Shown here: positions 15,328 to 24,007 of the stretch, piece by piece
Numbering within the stretch: the first letter of the stretch is position 1
How the letters are laid out: the number at the start of each line of letters is the position of its first letter
IMG/VR virus record: IMGVR_UViG_3300042340_000144
Length of the DNA: 25,566 nucleotides
Strand: one strand, 5' to 3'
Source of the DNA: a virus
Taxonomy: Duplodnaviria; Heunggongvirae; Uroviricota; Caudoviricetes
Notes under the pieces: model-generated
What the model was told of the DNA's origin: nothing
What the model saw: the letters and a program-made list of their open reading frames with translations, nothing else
Database searches by the model: none
Translations under genes and position numbers: made by a program

Positions 15328-16527
15328 TTATAAATCCTTAAATTCTATATTTTTATATAATGTCATAGGGCAGTTATTAACTGAATCACCCCAATTAATA
15401 CTATCTCCTGGTAATGTATTAAATTCATTTTGTGTAAATTCATATAGATGATCTTCGTATCTAACATCATTTGGCCCTAAATTAAAATACATATTAAAGT
15501 CTTTATTTGGAGTACTAATAAGTATTTGTTTAACATGCTTATTTAATACTAATGTTTCTAGCAATAACATTGCTACATCTTTTTCAATATGTTCTATAAA
15601 CTCTATTAAAAGCACCGTTGTAGGCTCTGTTAGTTGTTCTAATGCAGTATTCCAATTACTATAAAAAGAAGCTTCTACACCTAAATACTCAGTCTTAGAT
15701 TTAGCTTTTGCTAATACATTCTCATCAACATCAATACCAATGTATTTAATAGCTTTACTAACTTTAATATACTTACCAGGACCACAGCCAATGTCTATTA
15801 CACTATTTCTATACTTAATATGAGTAGACACAAACGCAAATCTTTGCTGTTCATTTCTACCAATATTACTTAGGTTAATGCTCTCATTGTTTAATAATGG
15901 CACCACTTTTTTAGACATATTATCTTCAAGAATGCCTCTAAATCTATGCCTTACTATAAAAGGAATATTGTCATTCTTATTAATAATATTTGCATAAACA
16001 TTAACTTGATCAAGAGTTAGATAACTTACATTATCTTTAATAAGTTGCATAAATAGGATTAAAGCTGTATATCTTAAAGCATCAATTAAACTACCATTAT
16101 TAGTAACATTTAACTGTACTAAGTTACAGTTATCAGCTATTAAATAATATGTAATGTTAAAGTTTTCTGTATTAAAAATACTTAAATGCTTTACATCAAC
16201 ATCTAAACATTCAATGGTTATAGTATTTAAAGAAGGTCCTTTTTCATATTTATTATTACTATCTTTTTTAATACAATCAAATAAGGTTGTTAGTACTGTT
16301 AAAGCTGATTCAGCAGAGCAATAACCTCTATATACTAAATAATTACCTTCTTTCTCAAATGAGTCTTGACCAACTCCTTCTTCAAAGATAGCCATATATG
16401 TTAAAGGTGTAACATACTTACCTACCACAAAACCTTTTCTACAATCTCTAATAAGAAGTCCACTATTAGGGTTCTTATTAAGAATGTAACTTAAATTAGA
16501 ATCACTAGAATTAACTTTAATTATCAT
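15328..16527 (-). CDS. hen1: Hen1-type RNA 3'-terminal 2'-O-methyltransferase
   Basis: SAM motif VIDIGCGPG, metal motif IEFIEH, STPNKDFN and RYEDHLYEFT. The N-terminal NLSYILNKNP resembles the bacterial Hen1 ligase-activating domain. Confidence 0.85.
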   Translation of the reverse strand: MIIKVNSSDSNLSYILNKNPNSGLLIRDCRKGFVVGKYVTPLTYMAIFEEGVGQDSFEKEGNYLVYRGYCSAESALTVLTTLFDCIKKDSNNKYEKGPSLNTITIECLDVDVKHLSIFNTENFNITYYLIADNCNLVQLNVTNNGSLIDALRYTALILFMQLIKDNVSYLTLDQVNVYANIINKNDNIPFIVRHRFRGILEDNMSKKVVPLLNNESINLSNIGRNEQQRFAFVSTHIKYRNSVIDIGCGPGKYIKVSKAIKYIGIDVDENVLAKAKSKTEYLGVEASFYSNWNTALEQLTEPTTVLLIEFIEHIEKDVAMLLLETLVLNKHVKQILISTPNKDFNMYFNLGPNDVRYEDHLYEFTQNEFNTLPGDSINWGDSVNNCPMTLYKNIEFKDL

Positions 16528-16564
16528 ATTAATACTTGTTTATTAATTATAAAAACATACTTAT

Positions 16565-16622
16565 AAATATAAGTTAATTATAATTACAACCTTATGTGTA
16601 TAACTATAATTAACTTATATTT
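16565..16622. promoter_or_regulatory. 18-bp perfect intergenic palindrome upstream of hen1
   Basis: AAATATAAGTTAATTATA (16565-16582) / TATAATTAACTTATATTT (16605-16622). Contains minus-strand TATAAT. Confidence 0.6.
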
Positions 16623-16631
16623 ATTTACTTA

Positions 16632-16871
16632 TTATTTACCAAATAAGTTACTAATCCAACCACCTGATTTATTAGCTGTATCATCATCAATTTGTTCTAA
16701 ATCTACATTAGGCACTTCATCTATTCCTTCATGTAAATCACTGCTTAAACTATGAACATCATATGTAGTAAGTACAGCTTCTAATTTATCTGGTTCTGAC
16801 ACATAATACACAGACTCAGACTCTCTACCTTCTTTATCATGATCAATTACTTTTGCTTTCCAAAATGGCAT
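16632..16871 (-). CDS. 79-aa acidic protein with C-terminal amphipathic tail, between pnkp and hen1
   Basis: AGGAG Shine-Dalgarno, 18 Asp/Glu, ends SGGWISNLFGK. Confidence 0.7.
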   Translation of the reverse strand: MPFWKAKVIDHDKEGRESESVYYVSEPDKLEAVLTTYDVHSLSSDLHEGIDEVPNVDLEQIDDDTANKSGGWISNLFGK

Positions 16872-16896
16872 AACTTTATTTCTCCTTTATTATTAT

Positions 16897-19359
16897 TTAT
16901 AATCTTGGATCTAGTCCTTGTTCTTTCTTCAATTCAAACATGAGTTTAATTAAAGTATTAGCATACTCTTTATTAGTATCATTAAAGTCAGATGAGTGAA
17001 TGTCTAATAAAGAATTACCTAATTGCCATTCATTAATACTCACTTTAAGTTTACCTTTAATACTTTTTTTATCAATAAACTTATGTAGTATAGAAGTATA
17101 ATCATGACCATATACTAGTCTTAAATAATCTACATTTCTAACTTTAATGTAAGGGGCTTGTCCTTCAACATTGTAGTAGGGTTTAACAACAACACCTTCT
17201 AAATGACTGTATAGATTTTGTACCCTAATAGCTTCTGTTAAGTCATTAACATTAACTACATGTAAGGGTGTATTTAATAAACTTAATAACTCATAGTTAT
17301 TAAACTTGTTAAACTCACTATTACTATAAAGAATCTTATCTTCAGACTCAACTTTAAGTATGTTAAAAGGCATAAAATAGGGTACTTCATTAGAACTATA
17401 TTTATCTAGTTCTAAACCAAATGTATTTAGATTATTTAAATTATTAGTGTTCTTCCAATGATTAAAATTATTAACTTGTTTATTAGGTAAACTAAATTTA
17501 TTAATATAATCATCACTAACTTTAAAGGCTTCTAAATCATTATAAAAACCATGTTTAATCATAGTTTCAATGTGTAACTTATGACTATAATAATAAGCTT
17601 CAAAAGTGTTTTGAATTAATCCTTTACCAAGATATGACCAGGGCATTAACTCACAATCTAACAACACTGAAGTATATGATCCTAATGAATTAATCCAAGC
17701 TATCAACTCATCAGATACACTATTTTCTAACACATCTATAGCAGCATCTAATTCAGGTGTTTGTTTAAGTTTAAAACCATTTCTAGTAAATACTTTATAA
17801 CCCTCCCTAGATACTTCTACTTGTGCTCTGCTTCCCATATATTTAGGCTGTATTAGTACTTGAGTTTGACCCATAGCTGCATAATAGGATAAAACAGTTT
17901 TAATGTCTTCTAAAGTACTTTCAGTCTTATCAGCAGGACACATAGTACCACTAATATAAGGCACTTTATTTCTGATAAAACTATTTAATTTTCTAGTATC
18001 CTCATCATCCAACTTAACTTCTAAATCCTCTACTGGATACTTAAACTTAGTAATATGTTCAAGTTGTTTAAGATTATCATCTAATAAAGACTTAACAGTA
18101 ATAAACTTTTTACTACTAACATTATAACCAGTTAATACATTACCATAGCCAACACCAGTATCTAAACCAATAGAATATTTAGTTTTGATATGCCTGTCAA
18201 AAGTTAAATGACCATACAAGTGAAGAGGCCAACAACTATTATAATGTTTATCATTATAAATACTATTAATTAGATCACACTTTTCTTCAGTCTTATAATA
18301 CAAGTTAGTCATCTTATCAAGACTAGTTAACAAGTACTTACTCTTACAGGGTGCATGAGTAACAATAAATCCTTGACCTCTAATACTAGAATAACTTCTA
18401 TTATAGAGTTCAATAAACTTATCTCTATAACTAAGAGAAATATTTACTAAAAATCTAGAATTAAAGTATTTATTATTCTCCATAAAAGAACTAAATTCAA
18501 TAGCTTCTAGTTCTTCTTGAGGAATGTTTTCAATCTTACTTATATACTTAAATAAATTCTCCTCGTGGTTACCTTTAAGAAGCAAGATTTGAGGATTAGC
18601 AAGTAAATAATCAATAATTCTTTCATTGTAATGTGCTGATTTATTAAGCATTGGATCTTTAACATCAATCCAATCACCAACTAAAATTGGCACATTATGT
18701 TCATCTTTAATGTTATTAATAAGCTGCTTTAACTCATTAACACAACCATGAACATCACCAATAACAGTATAATTATTACCTTCTACAATTAAGTTATTCT
18801 TATTTTCAATATAAGTAACATTAACACTATCAATCCTTTCAGTTATAGTTATAACTTTATGATAATCACTTCTTCTAAGATTACTTAATACATGCTTCTT
18901 AAGCTTATCAATATGCTTAGTAATAACATATTTATCACCACCATCATTAGCAAACCAATCTTGTCTATTCTTATAATCAAATAAAATACAAACAACCTTA
19001 TAATTATGATCTCTACAAATATTTATAATATCAGTTCTAAATTGATCATTTAAACCAGTACTATCAATGATTACATGAGGTACATTTACAGGATAACTGA
19101 TGTAATTCCTAAGTTTAGCATAAAGGAGATTAAAAGCTTGTTGTGAAACTTCCAACATCCTAGAACTGTACTTATCTGCATCAATGTCAGATATTAAATC
19201 TCTTCTAATACCATCACTTGATAATACCCTACAATCAACATTAGACTTAAGTAATTGGTAATGTAATTGTTTAGCTAATGTGGATTTCCCAGCATTAGAG
19301 GGTGCAATTAACAGATAAACAGTATAATCTTCGCATACAATATTAAATGACTTGGTCAT
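16897..19359 (-). CDS. pnkp: Polynucleotide kinase-phosphatase-ligase (bacterial Pnkp architecture)
   Basis: Kinase APSNAGKST. Phosphoesterase GDVHGC, GDWID, GNHE, YGH, LDTG. Ligase QPKYMGSR, DCELMPW, EGVVVKP, IKVR and C-terminal DPRL. Confidence 0.92.
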   Translation of the reverse strand: MTKSFNIVCEDYTVYLLIAPSNAGKSTLAKQLHYQLLKSNVDCRVLSSDGIRRDLISDIDADKYSSRMLEVSQQAFNLLYAKLRNYISYPVNVPHVIIDSTGLNDQFRTDIINICRDHNYKVVCILFDYKNRQDWFANDGGDKYVITKHIDKLKKHVLSNLRRSDYHKVITITERIDSVNVTYIENKNNLIVEGNNYTVIGDVHGCVNELKQLINNIKDEHNVPILVGDWIDVKDPMLNKSAHYNERIIDYLLANPQILLLKGNHEENLFKYISKIENIPQEELEAIEFSSFMENNKYFNSRFLVNISLSYRDKFIELYNRSYSSIRGQGFIVTHAPCKSKYLLTSLDKMTNLYYKTEEKCDLINSIYNDKHYNSCWPLHLYGHLTFDRHIKTKYSIGLDTGVGYGNVLTGYNVSSKKFITVKSLLDDNLKQLEHITKFKYPVEDLEVKLDDEDTRKLNSFIRNKVPYISGTMCPADKTESTLEDIKTVLSYYAAMGQTQVLIQPKYMGSRAQVEVSREGYKVFTRNGFKLKQTPELDAAIDVLENSVSDELIAWINSLGSYTSVLLDCELMPWSYLGKGLIQNTFEAYYYSHKLHIETMIKHGFYNDLEAFKVSDDYINKFSLPNKQVNNFNHWKNTNNLNNLNTFGLELDKYSSNEVPYFMPFNILKVESEDKILYSNSEFNKFNNYELLSLLNTPLHVVNVNDLTEAIRVQNLYSHLEGVVVKPYYNVEGQAPYIKVRNVDYLRLVYGHDYTSILHKFIDKKSIKGKLKVSINEWQLGNSLLDIHSSDFNDTNKEYANTLIKLMFELKKEQGLDPRL

Positions 19360-19394
19360 ATTAAAACATCTTATAACAACAACATTATTAAATA

Positions 19395-19442
19395 ATAAAC
19401 AAAAGGACTAAATAATGTAATATACTTAGTCCTTTTGTTTAT
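19395..19442. terminator. Likely bidirectional terminator hairpin
   Basis: 17-bp perfect inverted repeat ATAAACAAAAGGACTAA / TTAGTCCTTTTGTTTAT with a 14-nt loop. Confidence 0.7.
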
Positions 19443-19465
19443 ACAAGTATTACTACAAACTAATA

Positions 19466-19870
19466 CTATTTAAGCATAGCAAGCAATTCTTCTTCAGATA
19501 GATCATCAAGTTTAGCTTCTTGTTTCTTAGCAAGGCGGGTTAGAATACCTTCATTAAAAGCTTTCTTAGCAGCAGCATCTTTAGCTTCTTGTGCTTCTTT
19601 ATCTTTAACATCAAGAATATAACTAACTACTGCCAACTTAAGCATAGTTTCTTCTTGAGCAACAGTTCTAGCAGCACTTGTTCTTCTTGTAAAAGTGCCA
19701 AACTTAGCTACTTCTTCTTGTAGTTGAGCCTCATAATCAGCCAATATATCAACAACTTCACCAGCCCGTTTAATAGGCTTAAGTTGCCACAATTGTTCAA
19801 CTGACAACTCACCTTGAGGCAATTGAAATCTAGTACCTTTTCTTGTAACCTGTTCAAATAAATCAGACAT
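19466..19870 (-). CDS. Conserved phage helical protein of unknown function
   Basis: MSDLFEQVTRKGTRF...GELSVEQLWQL resembles a phage family I recall co-occurring with the 738-aa protein. AGGA Shine-Dalgarno. Confidence 0.75.
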   Translation of the reverse strand: MSDLFEQVTRKGTRFQLPQGELSVEQLWQLKPIKRAGEVVDILADYEAQLQEEVAKFGTFTRRTSAARTVAQEETMLKLAVVSYILDVKDKEAQEAKDAAAKKAFNEGILTRLAKKQEAKLDDLSEEELLAMLK

Positions 19871-19900
19871 TTGTTTTGTTTCCTTTTTGTTTTAATTATT

Positions 19901-19919
19901 GTTTTGTTTTGTTTTGTTT
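19901..19919. repeat. (GTTTT)n short tandem repeat in a gene leader
   Basis: GTTTTGTTTTGTTTTGTTT. Confidence 0.6.
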
Positions 19920-19930
19920 ATAATTACAAT

Positions 19931-20296
19931 CTAATTAGATTGTAGTTTTAGCAATTCATCTTCTTTGAATACAGCAGTGTATAAAGTTCTACCTTCATCA
20001 TCACAGAATTCAACTTCATATACATTATTATCCTTACCAAGTAGTTCAACCACAGTACCAATATGTCCTGCTTTAATACCACTAATAACAACAACTGTAT
20101 CAGTGATTTCATACTTACTTGTGACTTCAAATAGATCCATAATCTTATTAACAATAGGAATATCAAACCCATCTTTAACAATTTGAAGTTGGCCAAAGTT
20201 AGCCATATTCTGATACTTTTGGCCCTTTTCTAAACCAAATGCTTTATAGTCTTCTTTGACTACAACCCAACAATCTTTACTAAATCCAATAGTCAT
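19931..20296 (-). CDS. DUF4926-like SH3-fold protein, paralogue 2
   Basis: GHIGTVVELL...YEVEFCDDEGRT. Confidence 0.7.
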   Translation of the reverse strand: MTIGFSKDCWVVVKEDYKAFGLEKGQKYQNMANFGQLQIVKDGFDIPIVNKIMDLFEVTSKYEITDTVVVISGIKAGHIGTVVELLGKDNNVYEVEFCDDEGRTLYTAVFKEDELLKLQSN

Positions 20297-20338
20297 AATA
20301 TTTGTAATACCCTATTTGTTTTTATTTGTAGTTATACT

Positions 20339-20743
20339 TTAGTTAAAGCGTAATTTTAATAAATAAGTTTCTTCAATAGTATCTTGATATAAAGTTTTAC
20401 CCTCTTCATCGCAGAACTCTACTTTATAGTTAGCATAAGTATGATCTTGATTAGGAAGTACTTCAACTATTGTACCAACCTGCCCAATAGGTATAATTTT
20501 ACCATTAGCATCAGTCCAATCACCAACTGTAATTGTTACTACATCAGTAATCTCATACTTACTACTAAGTTCAAAGAAGTCTTTATTTAGACCTAGTATT
20601 TCACCAGCATAGTAAATTTGAATCTGATTATTCCAACTCCAACCAGCAGTGCTATGAACCTTGTACTTTTGGCCCAATTTAAGCCAATAACCATCTTCTT
20701 TTACAACTTTAACTATGCAATCTTTTACTATTTGTTTATCCAT
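20339..20743 (-). CDS. DUF4926-like SH3-fold protein, paralogue 1
   Basis: GQVGTIVEVL...YKVEFCDEEGKT. Shares GQKY and SKYEITD with the neighbour. Confidence 0.7.
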   Translation of the reverse strand: MDKQIVKDCIVKVVKEDGYWLKLGQKYKVHSTAGWSWNNQIQIYYAGEILGLNKDFFELSSKYEITDVVTITVGDWTDANGKIIPIGQVGTIVEVLPNQDHTYANYKVEFCDEEGKTLYQDTIEETYLLKLRFN

Positions 20744-20785
20744 AAATTACCTATTTGTTTATGTATTTAATAAGCTTTAAATGTA

Positions 20786-20824
20786 AATGTAGTAGTTATA
20801 AACATAATCTATAACTACTACATT
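20786..20824. promoter_or_regulatory. 15-bp perfect intergenic palindrome (terminator, processing site or operator)
   Basis: AATGTAGTAGTTATA / TATAACTACTACATT with loop AACATAATC. Confidence 0.6.
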
Positions 20825-20829
20825 ATAAC

Positions 20830-23046
20830 TTAAAACTTAACTCTTACAGTCCTTTTAAAGCTACCCTCAACTTTAACAATAAGAGTTTCTTTACTATCAT
20901 CAGTAAAGCCTAGACCTGCTAGTTGTTTAGTAGTTGGTTCTAACTTATCAGTCATACCATAAATCTCTAACACCTTTCTATGTGCCAGAAGCTCACCATT
21001 CAAGTTCTCAATGTGAAAAGATCTCATTGGACTATCTGAATGACATCCTTCTAAGAAGAAGAAATAGTGCTTATTACCAATCTTATTATCTCCCCAATAA
21101 TTAGGAGATAGTGAGATTAGATTTACTTTGTGGAATTGATTAGAATCAAGACCCCACATAGTATTACTAGTAGCACCAACAGGTTCTAAGCGATGTTCAA
21201 TTGACCATTGACCATCACTTAGAGTAACAGTAGCAACATCAACCCATTCTTTATGACCAGTAGCAGGATAAATGTATTCATACAACTCGCCATTAAAAGC
21301 AATCTCAGCTTTACCTCTACCCCAACTATGTCTCTTATTCCAGTTGTGAATCATACATCTATATTTACCATCTTTTAATTTATTCATAGATGGAAATGTA
21401 ATATTCTCAACAGGGATATAGCCAGCAGGAGCAGCGCTTGTATAATCTACATCTTGCACACCACCACTTGTAGGATCATTTCTTCTATTCCAACCAACTC
21501 TATTACCACTAGTACTATAAGTGTCACAAAATTTACTAGTACCATAAGTGTCACAAAATTTACTAGTTGGTCCACTATTACCAGGCATAAACACATGCAA
21601 ATCCATAAGACTATCATTAGGTTCTAGTTCATTCCAACTATGTGTAAATCTAAAGACACCATCAACTCTACCACCTTTACTAATAACTGCTTGTGTTAGA
21701 TTACTCTTACCAGCTAAGTTACCATTATAAGTCCAACTGAACATATTATCATTCCACTTAAAAGGATTTTTACAAGTAGGATCAATTGCAGTTGTTAGAG
21801 TTACTAGATTATTGCCAAAGCCATTTTCTAAGAACACTTGAATAGACTTACTATTAGGTAAGATGTCTTTAATAAAAGTTTGTATATCAACAGTTTGGAT
21901 CTCATCAAACTCTGCTTTCTTATGTCTACTTAAAGTGCCACCATTACTACTCTTTACATTAGCAAATAGATTAGAAGCAGGAGCCTTCTTCTTACTAATA
22001 TTAGTATGAATCCTTTCATTAATATCAATATCATTTAAAGTTGCAAAGCGTCTTTTAAATGAATCTTCATAACCTAATTCAACAATCTTCTTAGCAGCAT
22101 TATTAATTTGTGACTGAGTAATTGGTGCTTTTGCTTTAGCATAATTAGCAGGATCAACTCTCTTATTAAACTCTTTACAAACAGTATTAATGTCTTTACC
22201 TTGAGCAAGATCAATACAAGTAGTGCCAATTAACTCATTAGCAAAACCAGCAAAAGGAATATCACTAAACCTCTTCCAAGTCCAGTTATTTTTGCTTAAA
22301 GTAGAACCTTGTAACTCATCATATTCTTGTTTAATATTAATAAACTCATCTACTTTATACTTGTACAAATCAGCTCTTAATAAAGAACCTTGTGCCATCA
22401 ATTCACTAACAACTTGTAGTGTTTCTAGTGGAATGTTTAAACCCTTAACAAACACTTGATGAGTAGCATTCCTTTTACTTAGATAAGTGCCAATAGACTC
22501 ACTCCCAGTTAATACATATTGCTTAGGCAAATTAACATAAAAGTGATGGAAGGTATATACTTTATTTGTAGTTACCACACCATACTTAGCAACTTCTTCT
22601 GGTGTATAAACCTTAGTAGATAATTTATAACCAAGTTGATAAAGCTCAGCATTCTTTTTAATCTTTTCATAAGGTTGTTTTACTAAATTGTTATATTCAA
22701 TAGCAAATACACTAGTAATTGGTGCTACTTTTAAAGCATTGTTTACAGCAGTAACAGAATTATAATAAGAGCTACCTTCAACATCAATATCAAACATTGT
22801 AACAATGTTATTATCATCATCTACAGCAACAATATTGCCATAAGTTTTAATAAAGTGCTTATCCCTATTACAATTGTTACTACTACTATTAGGATCTCTA
22901 AAGATAGGATTATCTTGTGGTGCAAATGAATTTAAATATAAATCCCACAAAGTATCACCACTAACAGATGATACAAATAGTTTTCCATTCTTACACATTA
23001 GAGCAAATTGCTCTTTAATTAAACTTGCAAATTCTTCAAATAACAT
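20830..23046 (-). CDS. Large conserved phage protein of unknown function
   Basis: 738 aa. LWDLYLNSF, VDPANY, FSWTYNG, DLHV...DVD...PVENI resemble a widespread phage hypothetical family (from recall). Confidence 0.8.
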   Translation of the reverse strand: MLFEEFASLIKEQFALMCKNGKLFVSSVSGDTLWDLYLNSFAPQDNPIFRDPNSSSNNCNRDKHFIKTYGNIVAVDDDNNIVTMFDIDVEGSSYYNSVTAVNNALKVAPITSVFAIEYNNLVKQPYEKIKKNAELYQLGYKLSTKVYTPEEVAKYGVVTTNKVYTFHHFYVNLPKQYVLTGSESIGTYLSKRNATHQVFVKGLNIPLETLQVVSELMAQGSLLRADLYKYKVDEFINIKQEYDELQGSTLSKNNWTWKRFSDIPFAGFANELIGTTCIDLAQGKDINTVCKEFNKRVDPANYAKAKAPITQSQINNAAKKIVELGYEDSFKRRFATLNDIDINERIHTNISKKKAPASNLFANVKSSNGGTLSRHKKAEFDEIQTVDIQTFIKDILPNSKSIQVFLENGFGNNLVTLTTAIDPTCKNPFKWNDNMFSWTYNGNLAGKSNLTQAVISKGGRVDGVFRFTHSWNELEPNDSLMDLHVFMPGNSGPTSKFCDTYGTSKFCDTYSTSGNRVGWNRRNDPTSGGVQDVDYTSAAPAGYIPVENITFPSMNKLKDGKYRCMIHNWNKRHSWGRGKAEIAFNGELYEYIYPATGHKEWVDVATVTLSDGQWSIEHRLEPVGATSNTMWGLDSNQFHKVNLISLSPNYWGDNKIGNKHYFFFLEGCHSDSPMRSFHIENLNGELLAHRKVLEIYGMTDKLEPTTKQLAGLGFTDDSKETLIVKVEGSFKRTVRVKF
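21508..21567. repeat. In-frame 27-bp tandem duplication
   Basis: ACTAGTAC(T/C)ATAAGTGTCACAAAATTT x2 plus ACTAGT, encoding TSKFCDTYG TSKFCDTYS. Confidence 0.9.
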
Positions 23047-23102
23047 ATTAATACTCTCTTTTTTTATATTTTATATTTTATATACTTAACTTTTGACTAC
23101 AT

Positions 23103-23285
23103 TTAATACCAGAGTATAAATGCAATAATAAAACAAACAATAAAGAAAGGCCAAAATGAAAATACTAAGTTAAATATATTACTAGCAATCCATAAAATAC
23201 AATAAGCTATTACACTAGCAGTTAAAGCTCTTCCTAAAATTTGACCTAAATTATACACTAACTTAATTTTCCTACATCTACACAA
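23103..23285 (-). CDS. Small two-TM membrane protein
   Basis: 60 aa, hydrophobic. Confidence 0.55.
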   Translation of the reverse strand: MCRCRKIKLVYNLGQILGRALTASVIAYCILWIASNIFNLVFSFWPFFIVCFIIAFILWY

Positions 23286-23449
23286 TAATAATCAACATTA
23301 ACCCAACCTTTATATTTAATCTTTTCAACAACTTTATTGCAGTAGTTTTCATCTTGAACAGGAATAACTCCTATTGCTCTACCATCTATTCCTAGTAATT
23401 GAATAATTAAAAACCAAGCAAACAAACAACTAATTAAAATCTTTTTCAT
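23258..23449 (-). CDS. Small signal-peptide/TM protein
   Basis: Start moved to ATG 23449 (MKKILISCLFAWFLIIQLLG). Confidence 0.55.
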   Translation of the reverse strand: MKKILISCLFAWFLIIQLLGIDGRAIGVIPVQDENYCNKVVEKIKYKGWVNVDYYCVDVGKLS

Positions 23450-23453
23450 AACC

Positions 23454-23666
23454 TTATTTAATTTGTGTATGACATTCACAACCACTCTTATCATTATGCA
23501 TAAATATAGCTAGTTTATTATCTTCTTTAAATAGTAGACAAACATAGCCTAACTTATCATTCATACTACCTTTACCAATACTTTTATTCCAAGGATGACA
23601 TCTTACTTCTAAACAATATTGACAAGAGGCACAAGTTGGATATTGGCTACTATTTATATTATTCAT
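23454..23666 (-). CDS. Small Cys-rich protein
   Basis: CASCQYC...C...C...CECH. Confidence 0.55.
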   Translation of the reverse strand: MNNINSSQYPTCASCQYCLEVRCHPWNKSIGKGSMNDKLGYVCLLFKEDNKLAIFMHNDKSGCECHTQIK

Positions 23667-24003
23667 TAGTGTATGTATTTAACTTATCTTGTAACTCTTT
23701 AATAGTATTATTTGTTTTATTTTGTAATACTTTTAACTTTAAAATAGAACTTATATTAGTTTCAATTGCTAAAACTAAAGCTTTATTTACAACATTATTA
23801 CTATCTAAATTACTATAAAATCTAACATCATTAATGCCAAACTTAACCTTAATTTGATGATATTCAAAGCCTTCAATTTTAGTTAAATAATGTTCAAATA
23901 AGTTATCAAGGAAACTAATAACTTCTTCATTATCAATGTCTAGTCCATACCAACGCTTACCTAAATAAGCTTTATACTTCTCATTAAATTCAACTGTTGT
24001 CAT
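23659..24003 (-). CDS. Hypothetical phage protein (QIKxKFG..RFY motif)
   Basis: HQIKVKFGINDVRFY. Start moved to ATG 24003 (MTTVEF). Confidence 0.65.
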   Translation of the reverse strand: MTTVEFNEKYKAYLGKRWYGLDIDNEEVISFLDNLFEHYLTKIEGFEYHQIKVKFGINDVRFYSNLDSNNVVNKALVLAIETNISSILKLKVLQNKTNNTIKELQDKLNTYTNE

Positions 24004-24007
24004 ATAT

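Noticed and set aside
10544-19359. Inteins in the ligase or Pnkp
   Set aside because: Lengths and motif spacing are ordinary, with no C/S...HN intein boundaries.
21508-21567. CRISPR-like repeat
   Set aside because: The copies are adjacent with no spacers and lie in frame in a CDS. No array or cas gene is seen in the window.
19948-23818. ORFs 19948-20196, 19965-20186, 21548-21730, 22223-22459, 22874-23089 and 23636-23818
   Set aside because: Nested or antisense within stronger genes, with no independent support.
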